A stretch of DNA of 64,000 nucleotides from Zygnema circumcarinatum SAG 698-1b (taxonomy: Eukaryota > Plantae > Zygnematophyceae). A program made the position numbers and the translations under genes. The notes below the pieces were generated by a model. That model ran no database searches. It was not told the origin of the DNA and saw only the letters and a program-made list of their open reading frames with translations. Below are positions 20,728 to 30,251 of the stretch, piece by piece (within the stretch, counting starts at the first letter, position 1; every line of letters begins with the position of its first letter). The stretch lies in the NCBI GenBank assembly GCA_037447605.1, contig CM074816.1, positions 1,255,873-1,319,872 on the forward strand. Reading direction: 5' to 3'.

Positions 20728-23700
20728 CTACTGCCGCGGAGGGCAGACAGCTGTCGCCGCCGTATTGGCCGTCGGAACGACTCCGGTCACTTGGCCCGGC
20801 TTCGAGAGTCGCAAAATTCTGCTCAAATTGGGGCAGGCCCCGGAAAGAAAATAAGAAAAATAATTTAGTTTTTCCGAGTAGGGCAAAATGAGAGAATTCC
20901 AAAAGGCTTTCCTCGTGGTTTCCTGGATGCCATGGGCCATGCCTTGAACATGCATGATGTAAAAGAGCGAAAAAACGAAAACGAAAAATCACGAGGCAAT
21001 CTTAAATCCCCAAACCCCTAAAACCCTGAGCCCTAAACCTTCAACCATAAAACCCTAAACCCTGAACCCTGAACCACCCCACACCCTGGACCCTGAACCT
21101 TTAACCTTACCCCCGAACACCCTCAACCCAAGACCCTACAACCTCCCTCCCTAACCCTAAAACCCTCAACCCTAGACCCTACAACCTCCCTCCCTAACCC
21201 TAACACCCTCAACCCTAGACCCTAACCCTAACACCCTCAACCCTAGACCCTACAACCTCCCTCCCTAACCCTAACACCCTCAACCCTAGACCCTAAAACC
21301 TTCATCCCTAACCCTAACACCCTCAACCCTAGACCCTAAGACCTCAACCCCTAACCCTAACACCCTCAACCCTAGACCCTAAAACCTCCATCCCTAACCC
21401 TAAAACCCTAAACCCTAAACCCTAAAACTCCATCCGTAACCCTAAATCCCTAAAACCCTAAACCCCTGGGCCCTCCCTCCCTCCCTCCCTCCCTCCCTCC
21501 CTCCCTTACGGGCGCTGAGGTGTTCCCACAGCAGGAGGCTCTCAAGGACGCTGCCAAGCAGAGGTCTCTGGGCGTATACGCCACTGCCGACGATGCAGGT
21601 GGCGTGGCGCGCCAGCGGGGCGCCCCTGGAAAGGAGGACACGCACGCCCGCTTGACGCCGGGAGGGGCGAGGGCCACGTGGCAGCTGAGCAGCGAAGCCC
21701 CGAGGAGCTCGCGGGTCGCAGGCGAGGCCGAAGCGCCGAGAGGGCTTAGGGCTGGGCGCTGGGCAGAGGCCCGGCGGGATCGCAGTAGTGCACACCGCCA
21801 AGATGGGATGTGGGAGGATGCTCCTGAGGAGTGGGGAGGGGGAGGGGGGAGGGAGGGAGGGGGGAGGGGGGAGGGGGGAGAGAGGGGGGAGAGAGGGGGG
21901 AGAGAGGGGGAGAGAGGGGGGAGAGAGGGGGGAGAGAGGGGGAGAGAGGGGGGAGAGAGGGGGGAGAGAGGGGGGAGAGAGGGGGGAGGGGGAGATGAGG
22001 GAGATGAGGGAGATGAGGGAGGTGAGGGAGATGAGGGAGATGAGGGAGATGAGGGAGATGAGGGAGATGAGGGAGAAGAGGGAGAAGAGGGAGATGAGGG
22101 AGATATGGGAGATGAGGGATGACGGAGATGAGGGAGATGTGGGAGAAGAGGGAGAAGAGAGAGAAGAGGGAGAAGAGGGAGATGCGGGAGAAGAGGGAGA
22201 AGAGGGAGATGAGGGAGAAGAGGGAGATCCGGGAGAAGAGGGAGAAGAGGGAGAAGCGGGATGAGGGAGATGACGGAGATGAGGGAGATGTGGGAGATGA
22301 GGGAGATGAGGGAGATACGGGAGATGAGGGAGATACGGGAGAAGAGGGAGAAGGGGTAGAAGAGGGATGAGGGAGATGAGGGAGAAGGGGGAGATGAGGG
22401 AGAAGAGGGAGATGAGGGAGATACGGGAGATGAGGGAGATACGGGAGAGGGAGAGGGAGAAGAGGGAGATGAGGGAGATGAGGGAGATGAGGGAGAGATG
22501 AGGGAGATGAGGGAGAAGGGGGATGCAGGAGATGAGGGAGAAGAGGGAGATGAGGGAGAAGAGGGAGATACGGGAGAAGAGGGAGAAGAGGGAGAAGCGG
22601 GATGAGGGAGATGACGGAGATGAGGGAGATGTGGGAGATGAGGGAGATGAGGGAGATACGGGAGAAGAGGGAGAAGGGGTAGAAGAGGGATGAGGGAGAT
22701 GAGGGAGATGAGGGAGAAGGGGGAGATGAGGGAGAAGAGGGAGATACGGGAGAAGAGGGAGATACGGGAGATGAGGGAGATACGGGAGATGAGGGAGATA
22801 CGGGAGACGAGGGAGAAGAGGGAGAAGAGGGATGAGGGAGATGAGGGAGATGAGGGAGAGATGAGGGAGATGAGGGAGAAGGGGGATGCAGGAGATGAGG
22901 GAGAAGAGGGAGATGCGGGAGACGAGGGAGAAGGGGGAGATGCGGGAGATGCGGGAGAAGAGGGAGAAGAGGGAGATGAGGGAGAAGGGGAGAAGAGGGG
23001 GGGAGGGATAAAGAGAGAAGAGATGGTGAGGGAGGGAAAGTATATAAAGCGGGAAAGTGATGAAGAGACGGGGGGAGTGGCTGCCGTACACATGTGCCTC
23101 CATTGAAGACGAGTCAAGAGAAGACTGGAGGGTTTGCTGTAGTTACCAGACAGGTGTCGGCTCAGAGAGAGAGCAGAGGAGGCGCACTTCAGAGGGGATG
23201 GCTCCTGCAGCCGGTAGTGCCACGTGGAAGAACGGCAGCCAGTCAGCGTCCAAGTATTCACTGTAACCGTACTGCAGCACACTCTCTATAAATGCGGAAA
23301 AAATCACTTTAAATAAATCGCGGTAAAAGTCTTTGAGTAAATAATGGCGTGAGGAAAAGCATGAATAGCATGTGAAGGTGAGAGCGAGCCAATGGCGTAC
23401 CGACACCTGGTGCGCTTTTGAGCACGAGCTCGTGCTCATTCACGGGCAGGAGAGGGGTCCCGCAGAGCCCCTGGAGGAGCTCGCGGAGGGCGTCTACATG
23501 CTGCAGTGCAACGGAAATCCGTAGAACAAGAAAGAGAATCAATGATTGCATAGGAGGGTGGGAGGGTCAGAGAGGCGAGCGGGAAAGGGAGGAGCGAAAG
23601 CGAGAGGGTGAGGGAGAGAGGAAAAGGCATGGGAGTGGGAGAGTGGATATAGGAGCTGATGGAGGGAGAGGGAGAGGGAGAGGAAAAACTATGAGTGAAA

Positions 23701-24006
23701 GACACAGCGGGGTTCCAATTTGCAGAGCAGAGTCCTACAGAGTCCAAAGTTCAGAGCCCCTAAAGGCAGTCCCGCACCCCTAGGGTTCAGCACACAGGGA
23801 TTGTTGTAGCGCAGCTCCAGCCCTAGGTTCAGAGTTGCGGGTTTTAGGGTTTAGAAGCCAAGGAGGCTGGGAGATAGACAGAGAGAGAGAGAGAGAGAGT
23901 TAGGGATAACGAGTGAGTGCAGAAAGGCGAGATAGAGAGAGAAGGACAGAGAGAGAGAGAGAGAGAGCACCTGCGCCTCCACCACGCCCTGCGCTGCACA
24001 CTCCAT
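20728..24006 (-). CDS. MED18: Mediator subunit 18; exons 24006-23971, 23500-23401, 23204-23147, 21823-21510 (frameshifted as assembled), 20818-20728
   Basis: MECAAQGVVEAQ|HVDALRELLQGLCGTPLLPVNEHELVLKSAPGVG|AIPSEVRLLCSLSEPTPVW|...|ILRLSKPGQVTGVVPTANTAATAV. This matches plant MED18 (MECVVQGIIETQHVEAL..LLQGLCG; SEVRLLCDL; HLSKP..TGVVPTA). Exon 4 keeps only frame-scattered remnants (RELL, GFA, VSS). Confidence 0.85.
21000..21467. repeat. Interstitial telomere-variant array including a ~43 bp unit (~7 copies), in MED18 intron 4
   Basis: CCCTAA, CCCTAAA and CCCTAAAA are intermixed. The unit CCCTCAACCCTAGACCCTACAACCTCCCTCCCTAACCCTAACA recurs from 21120. Confidence 0.85.
21833..23010. repeat. Polypurine 9-bp satellite (GGGAGATGA/GGGAGAAGA)n in MED18 intron 3
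   Basis: Directly visible, with a higher-order duplicated block (~22230-22400 vs ~22570-22740). It generates the spurious LISLIS/EGDEGD ORFs in the track. Confidence 0.9.
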
Positions 24007-24439
24007 GGTCTACCCCGTCAGCGAACGCCACGTGGCGTTCGCGCTCGCCAGCGCCCTCCTTCCCGCCACGTGGGCCATGCTGGGCCTGCCACGTGCGCAG
24101 GCAGGCAGGCCGCCCGGGGGGGGGGACGGGGACCGCCTCCATTGCGAAGTGCATCGCAGACGATACTGTATCGACAGCGATAACATATTGAAGTCAATAT
24201 TATATCGCAAAAGATATTGTATGCTAGAGACATTGTAGCGTATACGATACTATATCGAGTACAGTATCGTATCTATATCGTCATATATATATCGTATTGA
24301 CTACGATATTGGAAATAGCCGTTGGACGAGTCCGGGCTTCCCCCTCCCTCGCTCCCTCTTGTCCCACTTCTCTCCTCTATTTGCCTCTCGCTCTGTCTGC
24401 CGGTGCTGCCTCCGGGGCGGGCGGGCGGGCTACGGCAGC
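24007..24439. promoter_or_regulatory. Bidirectional promoter between MED18 and the DUS gene
   Basis: The divergent ATGs are 433 bp apart. Three GCCACGTG G-boxes (~24027, 24066, 24088) and a TATCG/CGATA-dense tract at 24160-24310. Confidence 0.6.
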
Positions 24440-27400
24440 ATGCGCTGCGCGTTGCTCCGCCCCGGAGGAGTTAGGGTTAGGGTTGGGGGTGGGATTAGGG
24501 TTACGGTTCCGACTCTCAAGCAGCTTCACATAGCCACCAACAAATTGGGCTCAGCGGCTCCCGTAGGGCTCGTTGTGCACGTGTCCCCCGCAGAGCCGCA
24601 GTGCTGCAAGTCGTTAGTCCCTAAAAGAAGAATAAAACATGTTCCTTCGCGGCTATGGCGGCTGGAATGCTCCTGTTCCACGCAGCTAGGGTTTGCAGGA
24701 GCAAGCGGGTCGGAGAGTGAGAGAGGAGGGAGAGCGGGAGGAAGAGAGGAAGGGAGAGTGGAAGAGATAGAGGGAGGAATAGCGGGAGGGAGAGTGGGAG
24801 GGAGAGAGGGAGGGAGAGGCGAAGGGAGGGAGGCGCTGAGGAGCGCGGTGAACGAAGGGGTCTCTCCGGCAAAGAGCGGTGAATTTCCTGCGCTCAAGTT
24901 AGGGAGGCGGTTGGTGGTGGAGCCGCCCGTGGTTCTGGCCCCCATGGCGGGCATTACCAAGTACGGGAAATTTAGGGTTTTCGCTTATTGTTATTATTTT
25001 ACATTGTTATTTTTAATTGTCTTGGGCGTGGGGTGCTTAGCTGGAGCTGCCGGACACCTGCATTAGTGATTGATGAAGTTATTTATTGGAACCACGTGGA
25101 ATTGTGAAGTTATTATACTTGTATATCATTATTTGTCAGTTTTCTTGAATTTCAGCTTCTTGACCCTAAGATCCCTAAAATCTCTCTGTGCCTCTCTACT
25201 CTCTCCTCTTGCTTTGTCGTTCTCTCCTCTTTCTCTCCATTTCTGCTCTCCCTTTCCTTTTCATTCACTCTCTCCCTCCCTCTGTTTCTTTCTTTTCCTC
25301 TCTCCCGCTCCCTCTCTCTCCTCTCTCTCTCCTCTCCCTCCTTTTTTCTTTCCCTCTCTCCTCTCGCTTTCTTTCTCTCTCTCTCACAGTGCCCCCTATC
25401 GCCAGCTTTGTCGGGAGGAAGGAGCGGGGCTTTGTGTCAGCGAAATGATTATCGCTCATCTCTTTGTTAAGGTACGGTTGCAAAACCTAAAATAAAAAAA
25501 ATCTAAAGAAGTAAATTGAAGGCTCGATTTTTTTAAACAAATCCAGCAACATTTATCTAAAAAGTTTGAGACAACGTACCCTTAAGTTACCAAACCTTCT
25601 AAAAATCGCACTTATCTGAGGATCAAACCGACCAACCAACCTGAATTTTATAAGTCCAAAACCTAAGATGAACAATACTTTGGCTATAAGGACCCCACCG
25701 ACCTATCGCCCAAATATCTCAAAGGAATTTTTAATGGAAAAGCTTGGTTTTGAGCACTTGTCTAAAACCAAAAAACTTGCTGTCGACAAAGTTTGCTGTT
25801 GAAGCCTCCTTCATCCTTGAGCCTGATTGAAAAAAACCTACATATAAATACAATGATTTATCTTCACTTTTCGCTGTCTTATAGGAAATCTTTCCTCCTC
25901 TATTGGACCTCTATTGGAAGGGTCCCTCAGGGGCACAAGCCGACAAGAAAACTGGCGTCCTTCGCCGACACAGAAAGTCCCCGTTCCGTTCAGCTTTACG
26001 GAACAGACCCATTCTCTCTGGGAGAGGCCACTCGCCTCCTTGTTGAGGAATTCGGGCAAGTTTATATACTTACCTGTCTCCCACTGTGTGTCTCTCTCCC
26101 GCTGCCTTCTTCACCCACGTCTCTCTCCCTCTCTCTCTCTCTCCTCTGCTTTCCCTCCTCCCTGCTTTCTCCTCGCTCTTCCTTGCTCCGCTTTCTTCCC
26201 CACCTGCCTCATCCCCTCCTCTCTCCTTCACTCCCTCTCTCTCCCTCCTTCCCTCTTTCTCTCTCCCCCTCGTCCTCCCTTCTCTCCCTTCTCTCGCCAC
26301 CTCTCTCCAACCTGTCTCCTCCCCTCCACTCTCTTTCTCTTTCTCCCCGCTCCCCCACTCTCCCCCTTCTCCTCCTCTCTCTCTCTCTCCCCTAGTTTCG
26401 CACTCTCTCTCCCCCACTCACTCCCCCCCTTAGTCTGTCTGCCCATAGCCTTGCCTTCCTAGCATCATCTTAATCCTTTGTCCTTTCCTTCAAAACCCTA
26501 ACCCTTCTGCAGAGTGGACCACATCGACCTCAATTTCGGTTGTCCGGTTCGGAAAATAATTTCAAAAGGTGGTGGAGCTGCGATTCCGGAAAACATTCAA
26601 CTTTTTTCCGCTCTCGTGAAAGCATGCACAAATGCCGCTCGAGGACAGGTGGCGTCTTCTGTTTGGCTCCTTCGTCAACCCAAAATTCTTTGCAATCTGG
26701 AACAGTCTTTTGACGATTTCTATGCATACTAGGTCTAATTTCTTCCAATAATCTGAAACTTCAACTTTGTGTCCCTCGGAGAATTTGAACCAAAAATGGG
26801 TTTTCTTTTTTTCAATTGAAATCAGTTGGGGATGTGCGCAGGTTCCGGTGACGGTAAAAATGCGATTAGGGTTGGACTCGAAAAAAATGACGTATTTAGA
26901 AGCCGGCCTTGCAGCCCAAGATGCGGTAAACCCCCCCCCGTTGTTTGTTTTCTTCTTTGTTAAATAGACGTACTTTGTTCTTCCCTCTCTTCAAGAGCAA
27001 TCCTTGCCTCAAATTTGTTTCTCTTAAAATTTCTACAAGGATCGGAAGAGAGCTACGGAACCGTTACACGTTTCTCCCTCTTTACTTGCTTATCTCATCC
27101 CTTTTGTTTAGTTAGTCATTTAGTTAGCCGTTTAGTCACTCGTTTAGTTAGTCATTTAGTTGGCGATTTAGTTAGTCATTTAGTTAGTCATTTAGTTAGT
27201 CGTTTAGTTAGGTATTGAGTCACTCCTCTGCTGTTTGTTTGTTTCCTATTCAGGGCGCCGCGTGGGTGGCGTTACATGCGCGAACTGCGGAACAGCTCTA
27301 CGCGCCACCTGTCACATGGAACGCCGTTGCTGAGCTGGCAGGCCGCCTCTCCGTTCCCGTCCTCGGGAACGGAGATGTGGGTTCCGTCCCTCCCTTCCCC

Positions 27401-28062
27401 ATTCTTTAATTTCATTGTAATTTTCTTTTATGGGCTTTTTTCCTTAAATGTCTTCTAAAGTTAATCTCCCCCCCCCCCCTCTCCCCCTCCCTCTCCCCCC
27501 TTCGCTTCCACCCGTTTCCCCACTTCAAACATTTCTCAATCGTACTGGGGATTTTTGTTTTGGGGCTCTCTCCGCTTTTTTCACTTCCCCCTTTCTTTGT
27601 TTTGGGTGGGATTTTGCTATATTCTGTTTAGTCTACTTGCATCGTAATCGGAAAGTTTCGTCTGCCCCAAATGTCTATCTGTAGGCAATTTATGAATGAG
27701 TTTGGTGCGGTCCATGTGGAATTTCTGTTCGCTTTCTTTCCCGTACTACTGAGACAATTTCTGCCCGAACCCGCTGAATTCTGCTTCGATTATTGAGATA
27801 TTGAGGGGCTCAGAAGTAAGCCTGACCGGCCCATTTAATGAAAGAAAGCATATTGTATTGCGAATTCTGGAAAGAAACGAGTGTTTCATTCGAACTCTAG
27901 AGGTGAAATTCCGAACAAAGTTATCCTAAATCTTAACCCTCCACTCGAAATCCGCCATTGCAGGTTTTCGAGTGTTGGGATGCCCTCCGTCTGATGAGGG
28001 AGACGGGAGCAGCGGGCGTTGTGATTGGACGAGGCTGTCTCGGCAGGTTTCTCCTTTCCCCC

Positions 28063-28107
<45 letters not shown>

Positions 28108-29169
28108 NNNNNNNNNNTCCCCAACTTTGCACGATAGCACTTCTGCAGCCCTCCCTCCTCCGTGGACTCCTCTTGAGCCCGCCCGTTCCTCTGCATTAGT
28201 TTGCCCTTCTTCCGTCCGTTCAACGCTCGCAGTTGCAGCGAACGGTGAACCCCTCTCCATGTGTTGCCCTCCCCTTTCCCTTTCCCTTTCTTCGCAGACT
28301 TTGGCGGAATGGCTCGAAAGCGACCGCGCTGCGCTCCTGCAAATGCGCAAGTGGGGCTCATACCACACGGGCCCAACTGCCACCAAGTTTTAGGGCTTTT
28401 AGCTGCCCTAAAAGTTAGGGTTTTGGGTTTTGGGTTACCGCATTGAGTCCTTATGAATTAAAGTCATGAATGCGGGAAACGAAAAATTCAAAGTTGAATA
28501 TCATTTTTTGATTGAATTCAGGAACACACTCCACTTGCGGTGATTTTGCGTAAAATTCTTCGCAATTTTGGCAAAAAAATATTCAGTGAACGAAGAGGAC
28601 GGTGTCGATACAATTATTGTTTTCAGTAACTGATTGGGTATATGTACTTTATTTCTATTTTTATTTTATTTCTGGCAGATTTGTTCCTCTCTACTTGTAC
28701 GGCTTCAGTTCGGTGACATTACTGCAGCAGCAACTTATGGAGGTCGGCTGCCGAATTTTGCTTTTCTTTTTTACTTTTTGGCCTTTCCTTTGTTTGTCGA
28801 AATTGGAATATAAAAATTTACGTTTTCTACAATTGTTTAATTAATAAATAACGTTTACCAAAATGTGGGAGTTTTGTGTTCGTAATTTTTTTTCGGTAAT
28901 TTTAGCAGTTTTGGAGGTTTTGAAGTATTTTGTAAGTTCAGCGAATTTTGTAACGTTTTGGTGTTTAAGAGCTTTACTATAACTAAATTTATTCACGAAG
29001 ATCGATCGAGTCCCTTCGATTAAATCTAACTCCCCTTTCTTTCTTGCAGGCAAAATCGTTGTCCGAATGGGAGAGTTCCGTCACTAACGGAGACTATGAC
29101 CACATGGAACTGTTCCCAGTAACGGCGCTCCGTTATGCGCGATTGAAAGGAGGAGAGATGCTCGGTTAG
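24440..29169 (+). CDS. DusB-like tRNA-dihydrouridine synthase with N-terminal targeting-like extension; exons 24440-24960, 25390-25471, 25931-26055, 26513-26648, 26842-26925, 27254-27376, 27964-28046, [degenerate/gap ~28118-28244], 28298-28350, 28679-28742, 29050-~29169
   Basis: Dus motifs PVVLAPMAGIT, CVSEMI, PRSVQLYG, IDLNFGCPVRK, VPVTVKMRLG, ALHART, VPVLGNGD and GVVIGRGCLG are all in frame across canonical splice sites, with one GC-AG intron. The 3' end is uncertain. Confidence 0.88.
27108..27213. repeat. 12 bp minisatellite (TTTAGTTAGTCA)n, ~9 copies, in a DUS intron
   Basis: Directly visible. Confidence 0.85.
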
Positions 29170-29172
29170 GAA

Positions 29173-29575
29173 GTGGATATATCCACGTCAGCATGGAGTT
29201 GATCTTTCCATGTCAGCATGGAGTTGATCTTTCCATGTCAGCATGGAGTTGATCTTTCCATGTCAGCATGGAGTGGGTCTATTCACATCAGCGTGGAGTG
29301 GGTCTACAGTATCGACATCAGCATGGAGTGGATCTATCCACGTCAGCATGGAGTTGATCTTTTCGTGTCATTATGGAGTGGGTCTATCCACGTCAGCATG
29401 GAGTGGATCCATCCACGTCAGCATGAAGTGGATCCATCCACGTCAGCATGGAGTGGATTTTTTATGTCATTATGGAGTGAGTCTATCCACGTCAGCATAG
29501 AGTGGACTATCCACGTCAGCAGGAGTGGATTTATCCACGTCCGCATGGAGTGGATCCATCCATGTCAGCATGGTT
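29173..29575. repeat. 25 bp minisatellite, ~16 copies, consensus ATCCACGTCAGCATGGAGTGGATCT-like
   Basis: GTCAGCATGGAGTTGATCTTTCCAT is repeated exactly three times, followed by diverged variants. Confidence 0.9.
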
Positions 29576-29868
29576 TTCATGCCATCGGCATCCGTTCAAT
29601 CTCGACAAAAAGAGTTTTTACTTTACAATTATTTTTTCAATTGTTACAAAAAGGGAGATATGAAGATTGTCTTTCCAACGATCAATATCTATTAATCTCC
29701 GCGTCCTATATTCCAAACTTATGCCTTTCTTTATTTTCTCTAAAATAAAAAATCAGGAGCATGCCTCTCCAGTCTTATGTATGTATATATCACATTTTTG
29801 AAGAGCTTGGCTTTATATGCATACAGCGAAATTTTGGGTCCCACCTTTCCTTTGTTTCCTTCATTAAT

Positions 29869-30134
29869 TTACACCTTTTCGCCAGCATTGCAAAAGTGGC
29901 CCTTAGGGGTCTCCGAGGGAGGGAGGGCCGTTCCATGGTCTCCGTTGCAGTTACCGTCGGAGTCTTGAACGGCGGACGGAACTGAAGAGCGCATGGAACA
30001 CCTCCGCCGCTTCAAGCAGTAGGCGCAGCATAGGGTAGCTATGACGCCTACGATGAAGAGCGTCAGGGCTATGCCCACAATTCCCGCAATCGGAAATTCG
30101 CATGCATTGAAGCATAAGGCATCCACGAATATGT
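29869..30134 (-). CDS. Probable terminal exon of a single-pass membrane protein (upstream exons not resolved)
   Basis: Acceptor TTTTTTGCCTAAATGCAG, then IFVDALCFNACEFPIAGIVGIALTLFIVGVIATLCCAYCLKRRR...: a 22-residue hydrophobic helix, juxtamembrane cysteines and a KRRR stop-transfer. Confidence 0.45.
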
Positions 30135-30251
30135 CTGCATTTAGGCAAAAAATCAAAATAAGAAAAACTAGTAAAGGAGATGTGAAGCAGCGAATCTACA
30201 GTTTAAAATGATAGGAATATCGTCTGCAGATTCAACTAGCAAAAATTTTAT

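Noticed and set aside
21442-23282. 553 and 610 aa extensin-like/LISLIS ORFs
   Set aside because: They are produced by the 9 bp satellite within MED18 intron 3. Only the flanking MED18 exons are credible.
28351-28393. Apparent DUS stop after QMRKWGSYHTGPTATKF
   Set aside because: An AA|GTGGGG donor at 28350 joins in frame to FVPLYLYGF at 28679, so this stretch is intronic.
29173-29575. Repeat array as CRISPR, or ORFs 29218-29748 and 29243-29500
   Set aside because: Head-to-tail 25 bp units without spacers; the ORFs merely reflect the repeat.
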